A stretch of 64,000 nucleotides of DNA from Octopus vulgaris (Eukaryota): positions 166,966,001-167,030,000 of the forward strand of contig OX597816.1 in NCBI GenBank assembly GCA_951406725.2, given 5' to 3'. Positions 1-13,207 of this stretch are shown here, piece by piece. The first letter of the stretch is position 1. Every line of letters begins with the position of its first letter. The position numbers and the translations under genes are program-made. The notes beneath the pieces were generated by a model. It worked only from the letters and a program-made list of their open reading frames with translations, was not told the origin of the DNA and made no database searches.

Positions 1-299
1 ACCTGTTTCCAAGTATGGTAATATTTCCCCTTGCCTCAACACATATTAAGCAAATATTGGAAATGAAAGACACTACTTGTATGACACTGACACTCAGTTA
101 GAACTATTATGCGATGTCAAGACAAGAGTGGACAAACAACACACACAAACACACACACACACGCACACACACACATGTTTACATGTATGTATGTCTCTTC
201 TATTTTCTAATTATTATAAATTTTCCACTGAGGAGGGAGCTGGTTTCCAACAAAGATACAAGTCTCCATCTTTGGGATGTAGTTAACACAGACAAATTC

Positions 300-655
300 A
301 CATTTGGAACTTGAGAAAAGTCTTGCATATTTTTACTGTTCCCCTCACAGATTACACTTGTAATGTACAAACCAACCGGTTAATTTCTCTTTCTTAAAAT
401 CCCAGTTTATCCAAATTCTCCTTTAAGCACTTACTAACAAAACCTAGTGCTCCAATTATTATTGATATGAATATGAGTTCATAGTCTGGATATAGAAGCT
501 GGAGGTTTTGAAGCAGCTGTCCATAGATATCCTCTTTTTCTTTGATTTTCAAAGAGATATTTATATCTGCAGGGCAGCTGACCCCTATGATAGTACATAC
601 CTTTGCCCCTCTATCCCAAATAACAATATCCAACCTGTTATGTTTACATTTGACA
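300..655 (-). pseudogene. Fragment of non-LTR retrotransposon restriction-like endonuclease (RLE) domain (R2/R4/NeSL-type), C-terminus
   Basis: Translation (KHNR)LDIVIWDRGAKVCTIIGVSCPADINISLKIKEKEDIYGQL...IIIGALG...GTVKICKTFLKF matches the RPD-x-(E/D)VSCP-x-K-x2-EK-x3-Y...IIGALG pattern. It contains a stop and degenerate catalytic residues. Confidence 0.75.
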
Positions 656-705
656 GAGGTTTTGATATATGTATGTATGTAGATGATGGGTTTCTTTCAA
701 TTTCT

Positions 706-1270
706 TATTTCTTTATTGCCCACAAGGGGCTAAACATAGAGGGGACAAACAAAGGGATTAAGTCAATTACATCGACCCCAGTGCGTAACTGGTATTTTAT
801 TTATTGACCTTGAAAGGATGAAAGGCAAAGTCGACCTCGGCAGAATTTGAACTCAGAACGTAACGGCAGACGAAATGCCTATTTCTTTACTCCCCACAAG
901 GGGCTAAACACAGAGGGGACAAACAAGGACAGACAAACGGATTAAATCGATTACATCGATCCCAGTGCATAACTGGTACTTATTTAATCAACCCCAAAAG
1001 GATGAAAAGCCAAGTCGACCTCAGTGGAATTTGAACTCAGAATGTAACGGCAGACGAAATACCTATTTCTTTACTAAACACAGAGAGGACAAACAAACGG
1101 ATTAAGTCGATTTTATTGACCCCAGTGTGTAACTGATACTTATTTTATTGACCCTGAAAGGATGAAAGGCAAAGTCGATCTCGGCGCAATTTAAACTCAG
1201 AACATAGCAGCAGAAGAAATACCGCTAAGCATTTCGCCCGGCACGCTAACAATTCTGCCAGCTTGCCGCC
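706..1270 (-). mobile_element. tRNA-derived SINE family A, tandem trimer, inserted in a family-B SINE
   Basis: Minus-strand head GGCGGCAAGCTGGCAGAA (A box) and GAGTT(C/T)AAATT (B box), core GCCTTTCATCCTTTCGGGGTCGATAAA..GTACCAG, three ~185-bp units. TTTCAATTTCT is repeated at 695-705 and 1280-1290. Confidence 0.85.
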
Positions 1271-1439
1271 TTATATTTTTTTCAATTTCTGTCTACTGGA
1301 TCCACTCACAAGACTTTGGTAGGACTAGAGCTATGGTAGTCCAAGGTGCCAGGTAATGGGATTGAACCCAAAACCATGAAGTTGGAAAGCAAACTTCTTA
1401 AACTAAACAGCTGCTCCTGCGCATATACCTATGTATCTA

Positions 1440-1517
<78 letters not shown>

Positions 1518-2027
1518 TGTGTCTGTGTGTGTGTACTCAATACTTTCCACATCTGAAAATCAACATAACATACTAGTTGAAAATGGTAATTATACACCTA
1601 AAAACTCTCTGCTTCTAAATACATAACACCCAAGCTTAAAATGGTACTTAGACATCTAAAGATGTATTTGTGTTAAGGATTAGTTCTCTACAAAAGAACA
1701 CAGATAAATGGCTTCCTACTGTTTCCACAGATGTAATGTTGACATATAAAAGTGGTGAACCAAGATATTTCACTTTTAAATGTTTTACGGTGAAGCCAGA
1801 AAGTATATTTGCCTAGGTTCAATCAGTGTAAAACTTGTTCCTTAAATAAAAGTATAAGCTAAAGTCTCCGAATGATATAAGTAAACATACACACAAACCC
1901 ACAAACACATACACACTAACAACACACACACACACAGGTGCAGGCAAGGCTGTGTGGTAAGAGGTTTGCTTCCTAACCACATCGTCTCAGGTTCAGACTC
2001 ATCTCACTGTGTGGCATCTCATACTAT

Positions 2028-2385
2028 CATCATCATCATCATCATCGTTGTTTAACGTCCGCTTCCCGTTTTCCATGCTGCCATGGGTTGGACGGTTTGA
2101 CTGAGGACTGGCAAGCCAGGAGGCTGCATCAGGCTCCAATCTGATCTAGCAAGATTTCTACAGCTGGATTGCCCTTCCTAATGCCAACCACTCTGAGAGT
2201 GTAGTGGGTGCTTTTTACATGCAACTAGAATGGGAGCTAGTCAGGCAGCACTGGTATTGGCCACACTCAAATGGTGCTTTTTACATGCCACTGGCACGGG
2301 AGCCAGGCACGGGCATCGACTCACGTTTGGATGGTGCTTTTTACATACCACCGGCACGGGAACCAGTCAGGTGGCACTGGCATCG
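2028..2385 (-). mobile_element. Family D interspersed repeat with (GAT)n tail (SINE/LINE 3' end)
   Basis: ...CCAACCCATGCCAGCATGGAAAGCGGACGTTAAACGATGATGAT tail and internal GTGCCGGTGGCACGTAAAAAGCACC repeats. Other copies lie near 3200-3546(+), 7840-8040(-), 11130-11400(+), 12865-13208(+), 17190-17473(+), 17810-18135(-) and 18745-18918(+). Confidence 0.75.
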
Positions 2386-2402
2386 GAATATGTATGTATA
2401 TA

Positions 2403-2752
2403 GGTGCAGGAGTGGCTATGTGGTAAGAAACTTGCTTCCCAACCACAGGGTTTTGGGTTTAGTCCCACTGCATGTCTTCTACTATAGCCTTGGGCTGACC
2501 AACGCCTTGTGAGTAGATTTGGTAGATGGAAACTGAAAGAAGCCTGTCATATATATGTGTGTGTGTGTGCATGTATGTATTTGTGTATGTGTTTATCACC
2601 CCACCATAACTTAGCGGTTTGGCAAAAGAGACCAATAGAATAAGCACTAGGCTTACAAAGAATAAGTCCTGGGGTCAATTTGTTCAACTAAAGGCAGTGT
2701 TCCAGCATGGCCACAGTCCAATGACTGAAACAAGTAAAAGAAAAAAGAAAGA
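2403..2752 (+). mobile_element. tRNA-derived SINE family B (CORE-like)
   Basis: Head GGTGCAGGAGTGGCTATGTGGTAAG...GGTT(C/T)AGTCCC, internal CA/TA microsatellite, tail GACTGAAACAAGTAAAAGA. Confidence 0.8.
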
Positions 2753-3199
2753 ATGTGGTTTCAGGTTCAGTCCCACAGCGTGGTACCTTGGGCAAGTGCT
2801 TTTTACTATAGTCCTACGCCAACAAAAGCCTTGTGAGTATTTGGTACACTAAAAGAAGCTTGATGTTTATAACACATGTGTATGTATGTGGGCGTCTGTA
2901 TGTACCCTTGTTTTGACACCGTGTGATAATTGTAAACGAGCATCACCAACATACAAGCGAGGTTGTTCTTGTCTTCCATGGAGATTTATTTATTACTTGT
3001 TCGGAAAGAGGTGGGGGTTGGTGACAGGAAGAGCATCCAGCCATAGAAAAGCAGCCTGGACAATTTCTGTCCAGCATGTACAAGAAAGGAAAAAAAATGG
3101 ACATTAAGTAATGGGGATATGTGTATGCCTGTGTGTGTCTATACACATCTGTTGAGGCAAGTGAAATCGAAATCGAAATCGCTCAAAAATCAATAGAAA

Positions 3200-3546
3200 T
3201 TGTAGTTGTGATACCAGTGCCGGTAGCACGTAAAAGAACCATCCGAATGTGACTGTTGCCAGCGCCGCCCCGACTAGCTTCTGTGCCGGTGGCACGTAAA
3301 AAGCACCAACCAATCGTGGCCGTTGCCAGCCTCGCCTGGCACCTGTGCTGGTGGTATGTAAAAACCACCCACTACACTCACGGAGTGATTGGCATTAGGA
3401 AGGGCATCCAGCTGTAGAAACACTGCCAGACCATTTTGGGCCTGGTGCAGCCTCCTGGCTTCCCAGACCCCAGTCGAACCGTTGAACCGTCCAACCCATG
3501 CTAGCATGGAAAGCGGACGTTAAACAATGATGATGATGATGATGAT
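3200..3546 (+). mobile_element. Family D repeat with internal ~50-bp tandem units and (GAT)n tail
   Basis: Three GTGC(C/T)GGT(G/A)G(C/T)A(C/T)GTAAAA units followed by the conserved tail. Confidence 0.75.
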
Positions 3547-4152
3547 ACACATACATATTTCCACCTGTAGATATATTGGTACACATTCATAAATACTCTC
3601 ACCTGTATAAACTGAACACACACAATACAGGTTTATATACACACACATATTACACCTGAACTCTGTAACTTGTTTACTCACAGTTCTATCTGTCTACATG
3701 AATAAAAGCACCAGACTACACGCCTCACATCATCACTACGATCACCACCACCACCACCACCACCACCACCACCACCATCACAACTACACTACCTCTTCTC
3801 ACCCTTATCTCTCAATCAGATAGATTAACAAGAGGGGAAAGTGGCTGGAAAGAAAGGGGAGTGAAGGTCTTCTATAAAACTACTATTCCTCCTCCTCTTC
3901 TTCCTCCCCTCCTCTTCTTCCTCCTCTCCTCCTCTTCCCCTCCTCCCATTGACCTCTGTTACTACACAAACACCCAGCTGTTTTAATAATGCCACTGGTT
4001 GACACTTGTCAGCAACACCTTCTTCCTAAACCTGTGTATAATTAATTAAAGCACACAGGCTGAAAAGTTTGGTCAGGTGGCAGGTGGCTGGTTGTTCTAA
4101 AGGTGAAGAAAATGGGTTCGATTCCATTTGGCAGCATACAAAATATTTTTTT

Positions 4153-4544
4153 TCTTTTCTTTGTTTCAGTCATTTGACTGTGGCCATGCTGGAGCACCGC
4201 CTTTAGTCGAGCAAATCAACCCCAGAATTTATTCTTTGTAAGCCTAGTACTTATTCTATTAGTCTCTCTTGCTGAAGCGCTAAATGACGGGGACGTAAAC
4301 ACACCAGCATCAGTTGTGAAGCTATGTTGGGTGGACAAACACAGACACACAAACATATGCATATATATATATATATATATACGACGGGCTTCTTTCAGTT
4401 TCCGTCTACCAAATCCACTCACAAGGCTTTGGTTGGCCCGAGGCTATAGTAGAAGATATATGCCGAAGGTGTCACGCAGTGGGACTGAACCCGGAACCAT
4501 GTGGTTGGTAAGCAAGCTACTTACCACAGAGCCACTCCTGCACC
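4153..4544 (-). mobile_element. SINE family B, near full length
   Basis: Reverse complement of the family-B consensus, including A/B boxes and a CORE-like ACCTT(C/G)GGCA motif. Confidence 0.85.
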
Positions 4545-5036
4545 TATAGAAGGCTTGGACGACCTTGGTGGAGTTTGAACTCAGAATGTAGAAACAGACG
4601 AAATGCTATGAACCTTTCTTCCTGTGTGTTAACAACTCTGCCATCTCGTAGTGTTATTGGGGGTTTTTTTGGGGGTTTTTTCAGCATGTTTTATCATCAC
4701 CGCAACCATTATTGATGATGACAATAAGGACAGCGATGACAATGATACAGATAACAATGACAATGATAAGGACGATGATGATGATGACGATGATGACAAC
4801 TACATCACTTTTCTCAGCATCACCATAAACCACATCCACTGCTATCTCAAAACAGGACAACAACCACAGCCCAGCTTAATGCATGCCAAGTCATTTTTCA
4901 GGGACAGTCTTAACATTTCACCACCTTCTTTAACTGCTCACCCACCCCCAAATGACCCTTGGGTACCCTTAATAGAGTCCACCCTGTTGCAAACATTTGG
5001 GTCAGGTGTCTAGATTTGCAACAACTTCCCCACTTA

Positions 5037-5532
5037 CCATAAACACTCGAGTATAATCCGCATTTTTTTCCCCAAAATTTAACGGTCAAAATCCCTAATG
5101 TGTACTATATACGAGGTTAAAAATGAAAAATATTTTCTAAGCAATATCCGAGTGTCTATTTGCTGTCCGGCAATTTTTATTCAGACACATTTTGTGATAT
5201 TGGGCGCAAAAATACCTTAAGCTAAGCCTGAAATCAATGAAGTCATAAAAGAATCATCCATAACTTGCTGTAAGCAACATTTATTAAACGTTATTACTGT
5301 TATTTCTTTATTTTCTGCAAACAAAATGCACAAAAATGCTACATGTTTGCATTATGTTGTATGTACAATAATAATAAAGGACATTACCATATACATTTTT
5401 ACAAACCAAGGACATAATATAGACCTCCTTGACTCAAGTTAGAGAAGGGGTGCGTATTATACACAAGGTTTAGGTTTTTCAGAGGTACAGCCCCCTAAAA
5501 ATCCCTTGAGTATTATACTCGAGGATTTATGA
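5037..5532. mobile_element. Tc1/mariner/pogo-type MITE
   Basis: TIRs CCATAAACACTCGAGTATAA / TTATACTCGAGGATTTATGA flanked by TA, with no ORF. Confidence 0.65.
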
Positions 5533-5650
5533 TACTCTCCAGATCAAATTATAAGAAAGTAAATATTTTATCTATCATTTTTTTTTGGTTCAGTCATAGG
5601 ATTGCAGCTATGCTGGGGTACCACCTTAAAGAGTGTAGTTGAATAAATTG

Positions 5651-5966
5651 CTGTTGCTGTTGTTGTTTGTTCCTTCTCGAGCCACACCTGGCTCATAAGG
5701 GCCGGTTTCCTGGTTTCCTTGGCATATAGGTTCTCCACCTGGATGGGACGCCAGTCCATCGCAAGTGAGCTGCTAGATGCAGGAGGAAAGAGTGAGAGAA
5801 AGTTGTGGCGAAAGATTCAACAGAAGTTCATCATTACCTTCTGCCGGAGCCACGTGGAGCTTAGGTGTTTCACTCAAAAACATACACATTGCCCAGTCAG
5901 AGGTTCGAACCTGCGATCCCTCGACTGCAAGTCCGCTGCTTTAACCACTAGGCCATGTGCCACTAC
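5651..5966 (-). mobile_element. tRNA-derived SINE family C nested in a family-B SINE
   Basis: 15-bp TSD TAGTTGAATAAATTG (5636-5650, 5967-5981), head TGGCCTAGTGGTTAAAGCAGCGGAC...GGTTCGAACC and (CAA)n tail. Confidence 0.85.
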
Positions 5967-6097
5967 TAGTTGAATAAATTGATTCCAGTATCTATTTTTT
6001 TACGTCTGGTACCTATTCTATCAGTCTCTTTTGCTGAACTGCTAAGTTATAAGGATATAAAGAAACCAAGACCGGTTGTCAAGCGGTGTGGGAGGGG

Positions 6098-6316
6098 CAG
6101 AATCGTTAGCATGCCAGGCGAAATGCTTAGTAGTATTTCATCTGCCACTACGTTCTGAGTTCAAATTCCGCCAAGGTCAACTTTGCCTTTCATCCTTTCG
6201 GGGTCGGTAAATGAAGTACCAGTTACGCACTGGGGTTGATATAATCGACTTAATCCGTGTATCTGTCATTGTTTGTCCTCTCTGTGTTTAGCCCCATGTG
6301 GGTAGTAAAGAAATAG
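6098..6316 (+). mobile_element. SINE family A monomer
   Basis: Family A consensus with GTGTGGGAG repeated on both sides. Confidence 0.8.
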
Positions 6317-6953
6317 GTGTGGGAGAGGCAATCACAAACTCAAGGGAACTCACACACGTGATGAGCTTCCTTACAGTTTCCATCAACCAGATTCACTTAC
6401 AAGGCACTGGTTAGCCTAGAGTTACACCAGAAGATGCTTGTTCAAGGTGGCTTACAATAGGACTGAAACTAAAACCATGGTTTTGCAAAGCAAGCTCCTT
6501 ACTTGATGCCCATAAAAAATATTTAAAAAAAAGGGGGCTGCTAATTTATTGAGACCTTGACAAATATTTTGAAGATTAACTCAGAAAACCATTGAAGACA
6601 GCTAAACAAGGAGTAAGGATAATCTCCTTAGGAATGTCACTAATCTTACCCCCACCCCTCGCTCCTTCTCCTCCGTCCACATTCCACACATTATACAATA
6701 TCATTCCTGAGAAGAAAGTCTCCCAGTGGCACCTGTATGATGGATATACACACACATGTACTGACATGTATACATAAAGATATAGCCATAAATATGCACA
6801 TACACACACGTGCACGTATATATATGTACATGTGTATGTGTATGCATGTATGTAAGTTTACATATACATATATATATATATCTTTTTCACATACATAAAC
6901 ACATCATAAACACATCACACATACAACATGTCTGAGTGTGTGTGCGTGTCTAC

Positions 6954-6990
<37 letters not shown>

Positions 6991-7083
6991 CAAGCACAGA
7001 CATGCACATGCACATGCACACACACACACACACACACAGATATATGTGTGTATATGTATGTATGTGTGAGTGAGTGAGAGAAA

Positions 7084-7116
<33 letters not shown>

Positions 7117-7259
7117 CATGTGTGTATGTGAGTGGGTGTGTGTATGTATGTATGTGTGTTTATGTGTATGCTTGTGCATGTGAGTGTGTGTGTCTGTGTG
7201 TGAGTGTGTGTGTATATATATGCGTGTGTGTATGTGTGTGTGTGTATATATATGCATGT

Positions 7260-7297
<38 letters not shown>

Positions 7298-8157
7298 ATG
7301 CATGCGTGTATTTGAGATTTATTTGAGATTTTTTTTTTCAGAATTGAAAAGCTGGTGACTAACAAAGTGAGAAGGAAGGTCTTTTGTTTAAAGTGAAGAC
7401 AGCTCTTGGGGGTTTGTGGATACCTGATCTGGTTTGTGTGTGCATTTATGTATACGAATGTGAAACATGTATGTGTGTATAAACTTGCATTCATGTAATG
7501 AACTGGCATGACTCCTTAGTATAAAAGTATGTGTGTGAGTTATTACACATTATCTGTAGGTGAATAAACCATTGTGCAAGTGCAAGTGTGAGCAAAATTT
7601 AATCCGAGTAAACTCGAATAAAGAATCCCTGGAATGTTTTAATAATTGTCTTGGTATCACTAATTAATTATTTCGAGAATGCAAATCAGTTTGCTTCGTT
7701 TGGTGGACAAGGTTATGCAGTAAAAATATTTTTTTAAATTCTACTTTCCATCGAGAAACCCTTTCTAGTTAATGCTCTTGTAGTTAATTTATTAAAAATT
7801 TTAAGATCATATACATGCATGAGTGTGTATATAAATATAATCATCATCATCATCATTATCATCATCGTCATCGTTTAACGTCCGCTTTTCATGCTGGCAT
7901 GAGTTGGACAGTTTGACTGGGGACTGGCAAGCCAGAAGGCTGCACCGGGCTCCAATCTGATCTGGCAAGGCTTCTACAGCTGGATTGCCCTTCCTAACAT
8001 CAACCACTCCAAAAGTGTAGTGGGTGCTTTTTACATGCTACTATATATATCACGTGATCACGTGACCGACCAGACCATCAGATGTTGTTACACATCGCTG
8101 GTCACAATGCATTCGCATTGTTTTAGCCTTCGAATGATGCCACCCCGCTGGCTAATC

Positions 8158-8340
8158 GAGCAGGCCAATAGAAGAAAGAGTGAGAGAAAGAGTGGTGAAA
8201 GAGTACAGCAGGAATCACCACCCCCTGCTGGAGCGTCGTGGAGCTCTTTTAGGTGTTTTCGCTCAATAAACACTCACAACGCCAGGTCTGGGATCGAAAC
8301 CGCGAGTCCGCTGCCCTAACCACTAGGCCATTGCGCCTCC
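8158..8340 (-). mobile_element. SINE family C
   Basis: GGAGGCGCAATGGCCTAGTGGTTAGGGCAGCGGACTCGCGG head. Other copies lie at 24375-24658(-), 50182-50376(+) and 51815-52004(-). Confidence 0.8.
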
Positions 8341-8406
8341 ACACTACATATATAGTAACTATTATTAATATAAATGTGTGTATGTGTGTGTATGTGTGTG
8401 TGTGTG

Positions 8407-8447
<41 letters not shown>

Positions 8448-8454
<7 letters not shown>

Positions 8455-9102
8455 GAGAATGGAGAAACATATTTAAATCAATAAAACATCAACTATCCGA
8501 TGATACTCAATCCATACTTTAATACACCATTACATAGGAGTAAAGGCAATATATAAAATGAAATGAAATGAGATATACAGTAATAGTAAAAGTAAAAAGA
8601 TAAAGAGATATAAGTAAAAAATTACAAATACAATATGCAAATAAATCAAAACTGACAGCTGTTTCGGCAGTGAGGACAGTCATACCTCATTTAACCTATA
8701 AGCCATAAAGGCAGGTATAAATGAGGCATTAACAAAGATGCCCCACGGCCTCTTCAGAGAATTAAATTAAATTTGTTATAATAGTGAAAAATATTATATA
8801 ATCATATACATATAAATATAAAAATATAAAAAAGTAAAATATAAAAACTTATACATCATAATGCTACACTTGTATAATATAATACACATTTGTACAAAAA
8901 GGAAGGTAGCCAGAACAAAATAAAACAAAATATATAACAGTGTATATATAATATTAATAAGTACCGATATCATACATATTTAGCTAATAGTTTTTTTTAT
9001 ATAAAAAAAGGGCTAACACATATGGAGATGAAAAATAATAATAATTAAATCCGTGGTACAGTTCATAAAATTCTAAAGCTATAAAAGTTAATAAAAATTA
9101 CT

Positions 9103-9136
<34 letters not shown>

Positions 9137-9295
9137 GTAATAATAATAAAAAATAATAAAATAGATACAGTTAAGTTATCACCAAGTCCATCCTTCCAAG
9201 ATCGAAATAACTATGTTATAGTTATTTCGATCTTGGAAGGATGGACTTGGTGATAACTTAACTGTATCTATTTTATTATTTTTTATTATTATTAC

Positions 9296-9329
<34 letters not shown>

Positions 9330-10162
9330 AGTAATTTTTATTAACTTTTATAGCTTTAGAATTTTATGAACTGTACCACGGATTTAATTATTATTATTTT
9401 TCATCTCCATATGTGTTAGCCCTTTTTTTATATAAAAAAACTATTAGCTAAATATGTATGATATCGGTACTTATTAATATTATATATACACTGTTATATA
9501 TTTTGTTTTATTTTGTTCTGTTTACCTTCCTTTTTGTACAAATGTGTATTATATTATACAAGTGTAGCATTATGATGTATAAGTTTTTATATTTTACTTT
9601 TTTATATTTTTATATTTATATGTATATGATTATATAATATTTTTCACTATTATAACAAATTTAATTTAATTCTCTGAAGAGGCCGTGGGGCATCTTTGTT
9701 AATGCCTCATTTATACCTGCCTTTATGGCTTATAGGTTAAATGAGGTATGACTGTCCTCACTGCCGAAACAGCTGTCAGTTTTGATTTATTTGCATATTG
9801 TATTTGTAATTTTTTACTTATATCTCTTTATCTTTTTACTTTTACTATTACTGTATATCTCATTTCATTTCATTTTATATATTGCCTTTACTCCTATGTA
9901 ATGGTGTATTAAAGTATGGATTGAGTATCATCGGATAGTTGATGTTTTATTGATTTAAATATGTTTCTCCATTCTCTAATTTTGTAGTATTAATTTACGG
10001 TAATATTATTACCCTTACCCATTTAATACAATAGATGAACTGATTGCTTGGCAATTTCTAACATCTATGTATCAATTTTGTTGGGTACCTATCTAGCAGT
10101 ATATTGGATATATATTATCCCATGGTGGGTTGAATTTTCAACCCCTATCTCATTTTATAACC
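8448..10162 (+). mobile_element. Fold-back PLE-type 3' fragment: ~767-bp near-perfect inverted repeat (8448-9214 / 9218-9983) plus unique 3' extension, inserted in (TA)n
   Basis: The arms are reverse complements around a 3-nt loop (GTT, 9215-9217). The element contains an HHR motif and has (TA)n on both flanks. Confidence 0.8.
9668..9783 (+). ncRNA. Hammerhead ribozyme (type I) with extended stem II; mirror copy on - strand at ~8650-8765
   Basis: CTGAAGA (9674-9680), ggc.gtgggg...cctcac.gcc stem II with nested hairpin, GAAA (9766), palindromic CAGCTG, then TC. Stem I is weak. Confidence 0.7.
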
Positions 10163-10208
10163 TATATATATATATATATATATGCATGTATGTATGTATG
10201 TATATATT

Positions 10209-10241
<33 letters not shown>

Positions 10242-10320
10242 TATTTATATATTAATTAGGGAATAAAAATTCCAGCGTTACAGTCATTCAAATAAATTGA
10301 ATTATTCTCGATAAGGAAAT

Positions 10321-10549
10321 ATAGAAGTCCCCATGCAATTAATCTAATCCTAATATACATCACACCATATCATAGAATTTTATTTTAATACTTACTATTT
10401 CAGTTCCAAATTCTTCTTCTACACGTGTTTCATGAGGGAAACACATGTAGAAGAGAAATTTGAAACTGAAATAGTAAATATTAAAATAAAATTCTATGAT
10501 ATGGTGTGATGTATATTAGGGTTTGATGAATTGCATGGGGACTTCTATC
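10321..10549. repeat. ~110-bp inverted repeat starting at an HHR 3' half (GAAACACGTGTA)
   Basis: ATAGAAGTCCCCATGCAATT... / ...AATTGCATGGGGACTTCTAT, with centre TACACGTGTTTC-ATGAGG-GAAACACATGTA. Confidence 0.75.
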
Positions 10550-11573
10550 TCTAAATGACATATATACACTTTCTTAATTGAAACTCTTTACTCCAGTTTC
10601 AATGAAAAGAAACCCATATCATCGACAATATCCCTTGAGCACACTTCTCTCATTCATCCAACATAAATCAACATACCTACATACACACACACATGTATGT
10701 GTGTGTGTATAGACATGCAAACACACACATACACACACACACAAAATGTGTATATTTTTGTTGGTAAAAACCTGCACAAGGGTGAAAAAAAAAATTGAGT
10801 AATAAATCAGTGTTGAACAAAAGAATCTTGTAATTAATCCAATACAAGCACACCCTTGTTATTGGATCCATTGGCAAAGCAGAAAACCATTACTCAATTT
10901 ATGAGAAACATGAAACCAATGATGATATTCTAAATTTAAATTCATGAAATAAGATAAACAAAAAAAAAAGTTAAATTATTTTGTCTCAATGATAAAAATA
11001 AAATCTTGTCCATCACTTGCAATTGAGAATGACATTGTATACTGTGATATGCTTTTGTTAAGTGTGTTTGAGGCATGTAATAATAATGGTTTCAAATTTC
11101 GGCACAAGGCCAGCAATTTTGGGGCAGCAGTGCTGCCTGACTGGCACCCATGCTGGTGGCACATAAAAAGCACCATTGATGCCAGTACTGCCTGATTGGC
11201 CCTCGTGCCCGTGGCATGTAATAAGCACCCACTACAATCTCGGAGTGGTTAGTGTTAAGAAAGGCATGCAGCTGTAGAAACTCTGCCAGATTAGATTGGA
11301 GCCTGGTGCAGTCTTCTGGTTTGCCGGCCCTCAGTCAAACCGTCCAACCCATGCCAGCATGGAAAGCGGATGTTAAACGACAATGATGATGATGATGATG
11401 AGTTAAGTTGATTACATCGACCTCAGTGCTCAACTGATACTTGTTTTATCAACCCCAAAAGGATGAAAGGCAAAGCCAGCCACAGCAGTATTTGAACTTA
11501 GAATGTAAGGATGGACGAAATGCCACTAAGCATAGCACCCAGCATGCTTACAATTCTACCAGCTTACCATCTT

Positions 11574-11883
11574 AAGACCTATTGACCTGGGGCTTAGCAA
11601 CGAAAACAACTATTATTATCATTAATGAGAGCACCTCTACTAGGTTGCTCAGCTTGCTAGAAACAGCAGCAAATGTCCTTCAAATTACACTCATTGTAAA
11701 AACCGAATGGCCATGCTATCTAAGATACACCTACATAGGGGGTGGTCAGGGGTAGAAAGATATGATAAATAGTTCTATTCAGAATTAACATGGAACTTAA
11801 CAACTACAACACCCAGGGTATTTACCCACCACCAAAACCACTCCCTGTAAACATCTTACAACAACTGACAATATAACACATCC
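11574..11883 (+). repeat. ~310-bp segment duplicated at ~13301-13635
   Basis: Shared CTCTACTAGGTTGCTCAGC...GATACACCTACATAGGGGGTGGTCAGGGGTAGAA...CAACACCCAGGGTATTTACCCA. Confidence 0.75.
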
Positions 11884-11929
11884 ATAATGAGCAGATACAC
11901 ATCTTGGCCCTCTCACCCTTCATCTAATG

Positions 11930-12355
11930 TAGTGGTTCACAACCACGGTCTACATCACCCTTAGGGGTCCATATAAGATTTTCTTGTTAAAATTTATGTG
12001 CAATAATTCAGTTATACTCCTACAATATAGAAAATATTTTAACAGACTTTTTATTAAAATTAATAATAGTCAAGACTATTGAAAAGGTTACAAGACGCAA
12101 TGAAAATTTTAGGAAAATAAAAATAAGAAATAAGTGGAAATTTTACCGGCACAAAAAGAAAATGACTCTCCCCAGACACAACAGAATATGCTTCAACACA
12201 TGAACTCATGTAAAGAATCTTGTAAACCAAATCCCAAAACGAAATAATAATATCTAATTATGAAAATATGATAGGATTTTTTTAAATGTCAAATGGCCAT
12301 TTGAATAAAATAGCAATCAAAGGCTCCATAGTTTAAATGTAATTGAGAATCACTG
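11930..12355. mobile_element. hAT (Charlie-like) MITE carrying a nested HHR-like PLE fragment (~12065-12245)
   Basis: TIRs TAGTGGTTCACAA / TTGAGAATCACTG and 8-bp TSD ATCTAATG / ATCTAGTG. Confidence 0.65.
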
Positions 12356-13163
12356 ATCTAGTGGAACACTGAGGATGTGACAACAGGAGGGAAAGAGGGA
12401 CGGCTGTACCAGTACTCTGTTGGTATCCATTCTCATCAGAATGGACTGAAACAGCATGAAATAATGTGTCCTGCTCAAAGACACAACATACCACCCAACT
12501 CAGGAATTAAACCTACAACCTTCTGATCTGCTGAAAGTAAATACTAACAAACTACTGGTGCAATCTCCACCTCTCTCTTATTCTTGCTATCACATCCTTG
12601 ACGTTCTGCCAGATGACATGTGGGAGTGTCAAAATAATTTTTGTCAATTCGTGACTCTAGAGTTGCAGGCGTTGCTGTGCGGTTAAAGGGTTTGCTTCAA
12701 AACCACATGGTTTCAGATTGGGAAAGTATCTTCTACTATAACTCTGGGTCAATCAAAACCTTCTGAATGGATTTGGTAGACAAAAGCTGAAAGAAGCCCA
12801 TCATATCTATCTATCTGTCTTTCTGTCTCTCTCTTGATACATAAGAAAATATATATGAGAAGAGCCATCAAGCTGAGCAAAATTACAGTCGTGACAGATA
12901 CTGGTGTCACGCAAATTAGTACCCATGCTGGTGGCACATAAATGTACCCTGGTGTCACTTAAATGTACCCCGGTGTCACACAAATAGCATCCATGCTGGT
13001 GGCATGTAAAAGCACCTATTACACTTTCAGAGTGGTTGGCATTAGGAAGGGCATCCAGTCGTAGAAAACCATGTCAAATCTGATTGGAGACTGGTGCAAC
13101 CGCTCAGCTTACCAGCTCTGGTCAAACTGTCCAACCCATGCCAGCATGGACAACAGATGTTAA

Positions 13164-13207
<44 letters not shown>

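Noticed and set aside
4651-5013. Acidic ORF, and Thr/Val-rich ORFs at 44847-45195
   Set aside because: They derive from (GAT/GAC)n and (GGT/GAT)n trinucleotide repeats.
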